Source of the DNA: a virus
Taxonomy: Duplodnaviria > Caudoviricetes
IMG/VR virus record: IMGVR_UViG_3300048848_000259
Span: 1 to 41,786 of that record
Direction: 5' to 3' (one strand)
DNA length: 41,786 nt
How positions within the stretch are numbered: position 1 is the first letter of the stretch; each line of letters begins with the position of its first letter. Both the position numbers and the translations under genes were made by a program. Shown here in pieces: positions 1 to 8,085 of this stretch. A model generated the notes under the pieces. The model searched no databases. It was not told where the DNA came from and saw only the letters and a program-made list of their open reading frames with translations.

Positions 1-189
1 ATGCAGCCGGAAAATCGCGTCCAACGCTATAAAGACACTATCCAAATCCTTCGTGCGGACATTGAGTGGCTAACCACGAGCGGGTTCAGGACGCAGACGA
101 CGTCGAACGAGACCCTCATCGCGGAGTTGGAACTGGCCGCAGAGGCGTATCGTGGCTTGGTCGAAGAACTGGTTCGGCCGGTGGGCTGA
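1..189 (+). CDS. Hypothetical protein (62 aa)
   Basis: ATG ORF with helical, protein-like composition at the window start. Confidence 0.5.
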   Translation: MQPENRVQRYKDTIQILRADIEWLTTSGFRTQTTSNETLIAELELAAEAYRGLVEELVRPVG

Positions 190-422
190 TCCGGACAGGC
201 GACAGGTCCAATCGCGAATTGCTGGAAGGCTGGCGGGCGTGAAAGACGATCCGCTGGCGTTCTCGTGCGCCAGTCGCAATACCTAAATGATATCGAGGAA
301 TGTGCGCGACCGGTTGCGATCGGACATATCGTGTCGATCGGCTGACGCCGATGCTAACCCATTGCGCCACGCGGCCTTCTTCTCACCCTTGGCGTTTACC
401 CATTCGCGCTTGCGGACCGACA

Positions 423-842
423 TTAAGTTTCCTCCCTAGGAGGTTTATACTTCTCGTTTATCACGCGCTGCTGTTCTTCCTCCTCTCGCTCTCGACCTCT
501 GCTCCAGGACTTGAGGGATTTGCGGAGACGATAAATCGCTGCGTCGTCGAGACTGGGGTCACGACCTGCTGCCGCGGCTTCAAGAGTTTCAACGATCTCT
601 TCTTGAAGCACCTCTAGGGCGGCACTGTAGCCTCGCACCTTCGAAAGAACGGAAAACAGCCGCTTTAGCTCCTCGAGCCGCTCTGCGATCGATACGGGCT
701 CAGGGAACCCAAGTTCAAGCGTTCGTACGATCTCCTCATTCATGCTTCGGCCGTTCTGCTCGGCCTTACGCTTGATACGGTCCCGCAAGCCGTCTGGAAG
801 CCTTAGCGGGAACTGGTCTGATTTTCGGCCTGCTGTTGCCAT
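423..842 (-). CDS. Arc family ribbon-helix-helix repressor
   Basis: N-terminal SDQFPLRLPDGLRDRIKRKAEQNGRSMNEEIVRTLE is a typical Arc/Mnt motif; gene is divergent from the early operon. Confidence 0.9.
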   Translation of the reverse strand: MATAGRKSDQFPLRLPDGLRDRIKRKAEQNGRSMNEEIVRTLELGFPEPVSIAERLEELKRLFSVLSKVRGYSAALEVLQEEIVETLEAAAAGRDPSLDDAAIYRLRKSLKSWSRGREREEEEQQRVINEKYKPPREET

Positions 843-856
843 TCTAAAACTCCAAG

Positions 857-924
857 AATTACCTCACGGTAATTTTTTTTCGCTTGACGCGCAATCAAAT
901 CACGGCGATTTATATCGCCGTGAT
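857..924. promoter_or_regulatory. Divergent promoter/operator region with two palindromes
   Basis: AATTACC-tcac-GGTAATT (857-874), TTGACG -35-like box (884-889), perfect 11-bp inverted repeat ATCACGGCGAT-ttat-ATCGCCGTGAT (899-924). Confidence 0.7.
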
Positions 925-948
925 GTTTTAACGAAGGGTTACGCCACG

Positions 949-1146
949 ATGCAAAGAAATGACACTGCCCCCTCAAGCCTGGATCTCATTTGGGGAGCCG
1001 AGGAGATCGCAAACCTAATCGGCCGATCAACACGAGCAACGTTCCACATGCTGGATAGCGGAGAACTTCCCGCAAAAAAGGTTGGTGGGCGCTGGGTGGC
1101 GGAGCGCAGCAAGCTCATCGCGTTCTTCATGGAAGACGCTGCATGA
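949..1146 (+). CDS. Excisionase-like/HTH DNA-binding protein (65 aa)
   Basis: LIWGAEEIANLIGRSTRATFHMLDSGELPAKKVGGRWVA fits an Xis/MerR-like winged HTH; ATG at 949 preferred over the ORF-track start at 742. Confidence 0.8.
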   Translation: MQRNDTAPSSLDLIWGAEEIANLIGRSTRATFHMLDSGELPAKKVGGRWVAERSKLIAFFMEDAA

Positions 1147-1598
1147 CAGCCCCCCATAACGAAAATGGCCCGGCAGGTGCGCCAACACCATGCCAGGCCG
1201 AAGCTCAATCCATCACCCCACTACAGGATCAGAAAATGAACGATCAAGGAAATAGCACCAAGGTTGCCATATTGCCAGCCCTCTCACGCCGTGGCCTTTT
1301 TGGCGGCGTCACGCTTCTGGCGATACCCGCGGCGGCGGCTGCCGTCCGCATCGAGCCGGCCCGTACCAGTATCGACGACTTCCTGGCTCGGGCGTCGGCC
1401 TCCGAAAAAGCTTGGTATCACGCATGTGCACTTGCTGAGGCGATGAACGAGGTCAGGCCCGGCTGCTACCGCGCTTCAATCAGCCACGAGTACGGCATGG
1501 CGATCGTGGTCGACGACGAGTTCAAGAAGCTTAAGGAGGGGCCGCTTCTAGCCGAAGATCGCCTTACTTACGGCTACGTCCGGAGGGCAAAGTCATGA
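1143..1598 (+). CDS. Hypothetical early protein with twin-arginine-like motif (alternative start 1236)
   Basis: ATGA overlaps on both sides; contains LSRRGLFGGVTLLAIPAAAAA. Confidence 0.7.
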   Translation: MTAPHNENGPAGAPTPCQAEAQSITPLQDQKMNDQGNSTKVAILPALSRRGLFGGVTLLAIPAAAAAVRIEPARTSIDDFLARASASEKAWYHACALAEAMNEVRPGCYRASISHEYGMAIVVDDEFKKLKEGPLLAEDRLTYGYVRRAKS

Positions 1599-1810
1599 CC
1601 GCAAAGGCTTATGACTGGAGCAAGCTAAGCGACATCCTCGATATGGTTTGCACTGCAAAGGACCTGAACGAAGCTTTGTTCATGGCGGTCGAGCACAGTT
1701 CAGTAACGAAGACCGCGACCGGTGCCCTGCAGTCGGTTTCAGCTGAGCTTGACAACAGACTTGGCGTCATCAAGGACGCGCTTTCTGAACTGATGGAGGA
1801 AGCGAAGTGA
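1595..1810 (+). CDS. Hypothetical helical protein
   Basis: Coupled by stop/start overlaps; GGAGGG RBS upstream. Confidence 0.7.
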   Translation: MTAKAYDWSKLSDILDMVCTAKDLNEALFMAVEHSSVTKTATGALQSVSAELDNRLGVIKDALSELMEEAK

Positions 1811-2451
1811 ACGCCTTCTCCCGTTTTAGACCTTCCGCTGCCATTCGCCGTGCAAACATGGATGGCCTCGATGCCGCTGCTTTGGCGCTCGGCAATGATG
1901 ACCGCAAGGCTGGGCTTGACGTGATAGCCGCAGACTTGCGGTTGCCGGCAGATGTCGTCTCGCGCTGGCAAATCGTTCCTGTCGACCGCGTGATCAGGCT
2001 TGAGGGCATGACAGGCATCAGCCGGCATCGGCTGCGGGTGGACTTCGATCAGGTATTCCTCGGCGGGCAGGGGGTCCCTCCGGGCTTGGAGCAAGATCCG
2101 AAGTTTCGCAGTGGCAACGCTGTCCTCAACGCGATCGATGACCATCGGCGCGCCTTCGAGGCCGAGGAGGCACTGTATGACAATGCGGGAAAGCCGCTTG
2201 TCTGCGAAGCCGAAGCCAAAGCTGCCGCCATCCGCGTGCGGGAGTGCTTTAGGACGATCGTCAAGATGCCGTGCACCAACGGCGATGACGTTCAGTACAA
2301 ACTGAAGTTCCTGCTTGACGAGAAGACCAGCTGCAGCGAGCCCGCACTCACCGCCATTCTCAGCGACGACTACGCCGACGAAGAGTTTCAGGGAACCTGT
2401 GGCTACGAGCTGCACGACGAGTTCCTTCAGACCCTCCGGCTTTGGAGATAA
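1807..2451 (+). CDS. Cro/YdaS-like HTH fused to a helical C-terminal domain
   Basis: VVSRWQIVPVDRVIRLEGMTGISRHRLRVD resembles YdaS/Cro-like regulators; GTG start overlaps the upstream stop, GGAGG RBS. Confidence 0.6.
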   Translation: MNAFSRFRPSAAIRRANMDGLDAAALALGNDDRKAGLDVIAADLRLPADVVSRWQIVPVDRVIRLEGMTGISRHRLRVDFDQVFLGGQGVPPGLEQDPKFRSGNAVLNAIDDHRRAFEAEEALYDNAGKPLVCEAEAKAAAIRVRECFRTIVKMPCTNGDDVQYKLKFLLDEKTSCSEPALTAILSDDYADEEFQGTCGYELHDEFLQTLRLWR

Positions 2452-2454
2452 TCG

Positions 2455-2760
2455 ATGACCAAAGTTACCGACGAACTGATCGACAGCATGTACGACGCCA
2501 TCACGACCACGAGCTTGTTCGCCGGCCGGCTATCTGACGGCGATGTGCACAACTCCGAGGCATCCGAAATGTCATGGCTGCTAGGGAGCATGAGGCGCCG
2601 CTTGGAAGCAGCGCTCATTGTTCTTGAGCAGATCCAGACTGAACAGCGTCGAACCCATCCAGAAGAGTGCCACAGCCTGATTGAGCTCAGCGACCAGATA
2701 CAGGCGCTGCAAGCAAAGTTCGAGCGCCGTCGCAGAGACGTGAAGGACGCAGCAGAATGA
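2455..2760 (+). CDS. Hypothetical coiled-coil protein
   Basis: GGAG RBS; in operon. Confidence 0.65.
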   Translation: MTKVTDELIDSMYDAITTTSLFAGRLSDGDVHNSEASEMSWLLGSMRRRLEAALIVLEQIQTEQRRTHPEECHSLIELSDQIQALQAKFERRRRDVKDAAE

Positions 2761-2924
2761 CGGAGCAGATAGAAAAAGCAGCCGTGTGGTTGAGCGAACA
2801 AAAGGAGACGCCGCAGCAGGTCATCCCGCTGCTGCGGGAGAGGTTTTCACTCACAGCTGTTCAGGCGGCTCAGGCTTGCACGCTGGCAAACCAGTACCGG
2901 ACTAACCGGAGGGCTTTCGGGTAA
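2757..2924 (+). CDS. Small hypothetical protein (55 aa, MTEQIEKAAVWLSEQ...NRRAFG), below the ORF-track cutoff
   Basis: ATGA overlap with the upstream gene and TAATG overlap with the downstream gene; fills the gap exactly. Confidence 0.7.
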   Translation: MTEQIEKAAVWLSEQKETPQQVIPLLRERFSLTAVQAAQACTLANQYRTNRRAFG

Positions 2925-3460
2925 TGGCGCAGCCCAAATCCATTGAGTCCGAAAGCACGGAGCCGAAGTTCGCGTTCGCTAAAAAAGCTCGGTCGTTTCC
3001 AACTGTTGATGCTCGGCCGCTTCGGTGGCCGAGTAGCGCCAGGGAAGCTGACGAGCTGATTGAATATTGGAGAACGCGGGCGGGGCAGGCGTTGGGCGCT
3101 AAGAGGTTGTCGAAGAAGACGATGATGTTCATCGCCTCTCACACGTCCAGGAAGGATGGGACTTGCCCTCTGTCCGACGCTGCGTTGTCGAGCCGAACAG
3201 GTCGGTCCATTCCCTCGACCAAACGCGATATCTGCCGGCTCAAAAAGATGGGCTTCGCGATAGCCACAATTACCGCAGATGAAGGGTATCGCAGGCGTAA
3301 GCGCGTGCTTGAACTAGCCATCCCAGACGTCGTTGATGACGATCAACGTATTCCCTCTAATGACGATCAACGTATCCATCATGAAGTGGGTATCGATTGG
3401 GGATCAACGTATGGGGGATACGTTGATCCTACTGAGAAGGGAGAATGCCGCGATGTCTGA
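2924..3460 (+). CDS. Putative replication initiator with winged HTH
   Basis: CPLSDAALSSRTGRSIPSTKRDICRLKKMGF is HTH_36-like; iteron repeats lie in the 3' part of the gene, as in lambda O. Confidence 0.7.
   Translation: MAQPKSIESESTEPKFAFAKKARSFPTVDARPLRWPSSAREADELIEYWRTRAGQALGAKRLSKKTMMFIASHTSRKDGTCPLSDAALSSRTGRSIPSTKRDICRLKKMGFAIATITADEGYRRRKRVLELAIPDVVDDDQRIPSNDDQRIHHEVGIDWGSTYGGYVDPTEKGECRDV
3336..3429. repeat. Iteron-like repeats GATCAACGTAT (3 direct + 1 inverted); putative replication origin
   Basis: ATGACGATCAACGTAT at 3336-3351 and 3360-3375; GGATCAACGTAT-GGGGG-ATACGTTGATCC at 3401-3429. Confidence 0.75.
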
Positions 3461-3914
3461 GCAACTATCTCTCCTCGATTGGAGGCGACCGGCTGAAGTC
3501 GTACCGTTCCCTTTTCATCGCTCTCATGGTGCCACGATCGCCGTCGCTCGATCGATCGTAAACCTCGAGACAGCGAAGAGATCCGGACGGTTGAATAGCC
3601 TTCGTGCGCAGACGCGGAAACGCCTCGAGCCGCTTATCGGGTTCGATGCTGCGGACAAGGCGGCTGATGATCTCGTTCGTAAAATCAAGATCGGTTTTGA
3701 GTATTGCGAACGATCTTCATTTCCTAAGCAAGTCCCATTTTCAGCGGAGATTTTTGCGCTGACGGGAGATCGGATCGAGATCTTGCCGTATGGGAACGGC
3801 GCCGGCAAGGCCGGGGCTTTGGGTCAAGGGGCGAAGCTCCTTGCGGGTTTGGGCGGAGCCCATGAAAGAACTGAGTATGACGCGGCGCGCGCGCGCGAAG
3901 GCGGTGCAGCATGA
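3453..3914 (+). CDS. Hypothetical protein (DUF6074-like N-terminus)
   Basis: MSEQLSLLDWRRPAEVVPFP start with GGGAG RBS; resembles rhizobial prophage proteins found downstream of rep genes. Confidence 0.6.
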   Translation: MSEQLSLLDWRRPAEVVPFPFHRSHGATIAVARSIVNLETAKRSGRLNSLRAQTRKRLEPLIGFDAADKAADDLVRKIKIGFEYCERSSFPKQVPFSAEIFALTGDRIEILPYGNGAGKAGALGQGAKLLAGLGGAHERTEYDAARAREGGAA

Positions 3915-4282
3915 ACGAGGAAATCAGACAGCGCGATGATCTCAAGTTCGAAGTCGCAGACGGTGAGAAGTGGGTAGCTGGTCCTTTCCACACTCGCGAC
4001 GATGCCCGTACGTGGATCAGCGCCAACAGGACGCGGACCAGGCTTGTTCTTCAAGACGACATCTGGATGACTGCCAACCAGGTCGAGGCATCTTACCTGC
4101 AGAAAATCGCCATGGAGGATTTGGCCTATCTAGTTGGGTCCGCGATCGCTGAAGAGCGCCGGCGTTGCCTCGATCTAACGCTGAGCATGAACGGGCGCCT
4201 CATTGATGCTGGTAACGGGCTCCTGCGCCGCGCCACGTTCGATGACTTGGCGAAGAAGATCCGAGAAGGGAGGTCGATATGA
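3911..4282 (+). CDS. Hypothetical protein
   Basis: ATGA coupling on both sides. Confidence 0.65.
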   Translation: MNEEIRQRDDLKFEVADGEKWVAGPFHTRDDARTWISANRTRTRLVLQDDIWMTANQVEASYLQKIAMEDLAYLVGSAIAEERRRCLDLTLSMNGRLIDAGNGLLRRATFDDLAKKIREGRSI

Positions 4283-4890
4283 GCAGGACCTATAGCAAGC
4301 GGACCAACTACGCCAAGCACTTCACCCCCCAGATATTCGCTCACGGCGTCCACATTTTCTGCGATGGAGCTGCAGTGCCGAACCCTGGTCTCGGCGGCTG
4401 GGGTGTGGTCGTCTACGAGGATGGCGTCGAAGTCACCGCTACGTTCGGCGGAGACCCGCAGACCACCAACAATGCAATGGAGCTGACAGCCATCCTGAAC
4501 GCGATCGGAGAGGCTTGGAAGTTCGTTGCCGAGTGGTCGTCGGTCACGATCTGGAGCGACAGTGAATACTGCGTGAAGGGCGTGAACGAATGGATGGCTG
4601 GTTGGAAAGCGAAGGGCTGGCAGCGCGGTAGCGATAAAGCCGAGCCGAAGAACCGCGAATTGGCCAACGCTGATCTGTGGAAGGCTATTGATGCAGCGCT
4701 GGTCGATGTTCCGACATTCGGAGTTGTCTCCATCAAGTGGGTGAAGGGACATATCGGCGTAGCTGGCAACGAGCGCGCTGACGAACTTGCCGAGATGGGC
4801 AGGCAAGAGGCGGGAGAGGTATGTTCAGATCTGAGCGCACCGACCGACGACCTCGACGAACGCTATCGCCAAATCATGGGGGTCGCGTGA
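4279..4890 (+). CDS. rnhA: Ribonuclease HI
   Basis: DGA..PNPG.GGWG, TTNNAMEL, SDSEY, NADLW and WVKGH.G..GNERADELA motifs; catalytic D/E/D/H/D present. Confidence 0.95.
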   Translation: MSRTYSKRTNYAKHFTPQIFAHGVHIFCDGAAVPNPGLGGWGVVVYEDGVEVTATFGGDPQTTNNAMELTAILNAIGEAWKFVAEWSSVTIWSDSEYCVKGVNEWMAGWKAKGWQRGSDKAEPKNRELANADLWKAIDAALVDVPTFGVVSIKWVKGHIGVAGNERADELAEMGRQEAGEVCSDLSAPTDDLDERYRQIMGVA

Positions 4891-5318
4891 ATCGGTCTCC
4901 CAACGGCATAAACGTCCATCGCTTTCTGGAAGGCTACGGCGTCAAGGTGCTTCCATATAGAGACGCCAGAGGCTGGAAAGACCGGCCGGCGAATGTCGTC
5001 TATGGCGGCAGGACGGTTGCCCGCCTGATGCGGAAAGACATGGATCGTACCGGTCTCGTGGTTCGGTGCATCCAGTCCAGCAATCCGACATGCTTCGACG
5101 ATGTAGTCATCCTGTCGGTCTGGCATTTCATCCACGCTCATTTGGCAAGCAGCCAGCCGTCGGAGGCTATACGGCGGTTCGGCCGCATCGACCTAGCGCA
5201 AATCAAGAAACGCGCTCACCGGCTCTCCAACGGCACGAGCGGCCGCATGGGCAAGACATGGGAAAAGATCGGGACGCTACTGGCTGACGCGATGATCGAG
5301 AAGGATGAAGCAGCATGA
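4887..5318 (+). CDS. Hypothetical protein
   Basis: GTGA overlap with the rnhA stop and ATGA overlap with the next gene. Confidence 0.7.
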   Translation: MNRSPNGINVHRFLEGYGVKVLPYRDARGWKDRPANVVYGGRTVARLMRKDMDRTGLVVRCIQSSNPTCFDDVVILSVWHFIHAHLASSQPSEAIRRFGRIDLAQIKKRAHRLSNGTSGRMGKTWEKIGTLLADAMIEKDEAA

Positions 5319-6163
5319 AAATATCAGAGAACCAGACATACCTAGACATGAGCGGCCGCCGCGTCTTCGTTGCCTCGCGTGCGAAGCTTTCGAACCGCTT
5401 CGGAGGCCAGGATAAATTCTGGACGTACATGGGGTATCAAGTCGACCGAGAAGGAAACAGGCTCGGCGAACCGCGCGGGTGGAAGTCTGACGGGCGCGAC
5501 TGGACCGGCGACATGCACGGCAACATCCTGCGGGAGGCTGAAACCGGCATGTCTCTGTCAATTGCTCAAGGCGTGATCCTCGAACGTCTTATCGAAGCCA
5601 TCGATACTGACATGGCTCTGCCAATCGCCACGGGACCGAAGATGTTCGGCAATGCTTGGCCGGATAGTGTCAGCAGCGAGGACGACAATAACGAACTGCA
5701 GCGAGAGGAAGATCGCGACTGGAAGACGTTCCAGACCCGCCAGCGTCATCAGGCGATCGATCAGCGCACCGAGCGCCGCGCCAAATGCAGCATGGCGCGG
5801 ATCAGTCGGATGGAGGAGGCGTTCGCCTGGCTGAGGGTGATCTTCGACGAAGACGATCGCCGCGTGCTGCTGGCTTATGCCGAGGTAAAGGCCAAGGGAT
5901 GGGAGTGGGGACGGTATGTTGAGACTCGAAACCGCAGAAACTCGCAAAAAGATGCTTGGGTTAAACGAACGATCTTGCGTAAAATTGCCAAGACCCTGCA
6001 AGAGCTTGAAACAAAGATGCGCAAAAGCGCAACTATCTTGCGCGATTGTGCGGGTTTACAGGTGGCACACGAAGCGGCAAAACACACGGGCAAATCAATA
6101 ACATCGGATTTGCGTTCGTGGATGTCACCTGATGGAAAACCCGCCTTAAGGCGGACAGCATAG
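5315..6163 (+). CDS. Putative late-gene regulator/antiterminator-position protein (DUF6362-like C-terminal part)
   Basis: Last gene of the early operon; ISRMEEAFAWL...RRVLLAYA pattern; function inferred from position. Confidence 0.5.
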   Translation: MKISENQTYLDMSGRRVFVASRAKLSNRFGGQDKFWTYMGYQVDREGNRLGEPRGWKSDGRDWTGDMHGNILREAETGMSLSIAQGVILERLIEAIDTDMALPIATGPKMFGNAWPDSVSSEDDNNELQREEDRDWKTFQTRQRHQAIDQRTERRAKCSMARISRMEEAFAWLRVIFDEDDRRVLLAYAEVKAKGWEWGRYVETRNRRNSQKDAWVKRTILRKIAKTLQELETKMRKSATILRDCAGLQVAHEAAKHTGKSITSDLRSWMSPDGKPALRRTA

Positions 6164-6271
6164 CCAGGAACCACGATGGCGATTATTGACGGTGCAATCA
6201 CTGGGCGTGATATCTTCGGATTGGCGCGAAAATGACTCCACATTCGCATGCGACAGTGATCAAGTCCGATA

Positions 6272-6916
6272 ATGGTCGGTGCTTACATTTGGAAATTGTT
6301 GCGGTCGGCAGTCAGCCCAGTTTTCGTCTGGGCTGACACGCTCGTTCTGTTTTTCTCACTTGTACTCCCGGCCATCTATAACGCCTGGGGGGCACCAATG
6401 CCAGGTGATCTGACCCCGCTAATTTTGGTCTATTTAGCGTATGTGCTGTTCTCATTGCTTGTCCTCAGGATGGTCTTCATCAGCCCATTCCAAATGTGGA
6501 AGAACGAACACGAAGAGTCTCAGAAGCTGCTGAAACAAATGGGCTCACGGGAGTTCCGAATTAAAAATGCGATCGAAGAAAAGCTTACCTCCGACAGGTT
6601 AGCCGCCCTGACGTTTCTCAATGAGCATCGCATCCGAGACAACAACGTCAGCGAGGTACACGAACGGATCTCGGAGTATCCGGGCTTTTACGGGCCCACA
6701 GCCCGCCTTTTGGCGGACGATCCGAGCCTGAGAGTTATTTTGGACGCTGTGGAAACAGCTCATGCTCAACTGGTGACTTTCAAGAAGTCGAAGGTTGAAT
6801 TTCTCGAAGCGAACGATGATGCTGAACTCGATAAGATCGAGCGCTTGGAAGCTCAGTTTGGCGAGGCCTATTTCAATGCGAAAAGCCGGTTGAATGCATA
6901 TCTTCTAATGAAGTAG
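6272..6916 (+). CDS. Moron: membrane protein with two N-terminal TM helices and a soluble helical domain
   Basis: Two hydrophobic segments; AT-richer codons than the core phage genes. Confidence 0.7.
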   Translation: MVGAYIWKLLRSAVSPVFVWADTLVLFFSLVLPAIYNAWGAPMPGDLTPLILVYLAYVLFSLLVLRMVFISPFQMWKNEHEESQKLLKQMGSREFRIKNAIEEKLTSDRLAALTFLNEHRIRDNNVSEVHERISEYPGFYGPTARLLADDPSLRVILDAVETAHAQLVTFKKSKVEFLEANDDAELDKIERLEAQFGEAYFNAKSRLNAYLLMK

Positions 6917-6969
6917 GTGGTGGGTTTCCGTTGGCGTCGTAGTTCCATTTAAACCAGGAAAGCTTCGCT

Positions 6970-7347
6970 TCATAGATCGATCCCTCGATCACGCAGTATG
7001 TCCTCGATCACCGAACGTTCTTCGGCTGGAGCAATGTTGATGTCGTCACCGCCTAAGAGCGGTCCGTTCGGAAGGGATAGTGGTCCTTTTACGCTTTTCA
7101 TGGTGGCGGAAAGGGTCTTGTGCCTTTCGAGAAGTGCTTCCGTCGACATTGGACTCAGTCTTTCGTACAACGCCTCCATTCTAGCTCTAGTAAAAAGACG
7201 CATCCTCACGTCTTCGCCAACACCACCGACGGTGTCCTGACCGAGTGTGGTTCGCGAGGTAAAGCCTTCGGTCCAAGCTACGCCGGGGTCGGTATTCTCA
7301 GCCTCGAATATAGCTTTCGCCCGCTTTTCGATTTCACGTTCGTTCAT
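6970..7347 (-). CDS. Moron: hypothetical protein
   Basis: ATG ORF with GGGAG upstream; opposite strand to the lytic genes. Confidence 0.65.
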   Translation of the reverse strand: MNEREIEKRAKAIFEAENTDPGVAWTEGFTSRTTLGQDTVGGVGEDVRMRLFTRARMEALYERLSPMSTEALLERHKTLSATMKSVKGPLSLPNGPLLGGDDINIAPAEERSVIEDILRDRGIDL

Positions 7348-7416
7348 CTCTTACTCCCGTTCTGACCAACTACGGTTCCTTCATATACCGGCGCGAGCGG
7401 ACAAGTCCGAACAAAC

Positions 7417-7650
7417 TCAAAGAAACAATCGGGCGAGGTAGTAGATCGGAAGTGCAACGATCATTCCGAAGATCGTACCGTAAACCGTCGATCGTATTGG
7501 CCCGTAGGCGCCAGCCCGCCAGCCTATGATAAAAACGTTTCCCATCGCAGCGAGCAAACAGCTGAGAATAGGCGTGATGACTGGATACTCGTTGTAGCCG
7601 AAGAACAGCGGCGACCCGATCCAGAACGCAAGCATCGTTATAGCCGCCAT
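7417..7650 (-). CDS. Moron: small 3-TM membrane protein
   Basis: AGGGGG RBS; three hydrophobic segments in 77 aa. Confidence 0.65.
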   Translation of the reverse strand: MAAITMLAFWIGSPLFFGYNEYPVITPILSCLLAAMGNVFIIGWRAGAYGPIRSTVYGTIFGMIVALPIYYLARLFL

Positions 7651-7743
7651 TTGATTCCCCCTTTGTACCCCGAGGCCAGATTATGAAATTCGCGAAGGAA
7701 GGCAAGCTTACCGCTCATCATGACATCAAGTGCGAGAACTCCA

Positions 7744-8085
7744 ATGGCTGAATTAGTCGACCTTGTCCGAACCAAGGCCGAGAAGAAGGCAGAGCTGGAC
7801 AGCTGGGAGAAAGGGCCGACTGAAACGGACCGCCCGGACTATCCCTACGGTCTGACGCTCTTCCTGGATTACAACACGCTGAAGAAGATGGGCCTGACCG
7901 ATCGAGACTTCGACGCCGGCCAACCTGTCGAGATCCACGCTCAGGCGATGATTACTGAAGATCGCATCGAGATCATCAACGGCGAGAAGCGTCATTCGAT
8001 CTCGCTGCAGGTTCAGAAGATGGCGCTGGATCAGGAAGGCGGCGACACCGCGGCCAAGTTCTACGGAGTGAAAGCCAATGACTGA
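7744..8085 (+). CDS. Capsid staple-like protein (epsilon15 gp10-like); start may be 7720
   Basis: YPYGLTLFLD...LKKMGL...V.IHAQA...SISLQVQKMAL pattern. Confidence 0.65.
   Translation: MAELVDLVRTKAEKKAELDSWEKGPTETDRPDYPYGLTLFLDYNTLKKMGLTDRDFDAGQPVEIHAQAMITEDRIEIINGEKRHSISLQVQKMALDQEGGDTAAKFYGVKAND

Noticed and set aside
1-422. Integrase, attL or tRNA target
   Set aside because: No recombinase motifs, cloverleaf or repeat shared with the right end was visible; probably outside the window
742-948. N-terminal extension of the xis-like ORF
   Set aside because: Overlaps the arc gene and the operator region; ATG 949 gives a typical-size protein
3336-3429. Mini CRISPR array
   Set aside because: Repeats are 11-16 bp with very short, irregular spacers and one inverted copy, inside a gene; no cas genes. 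Iterons fit better.
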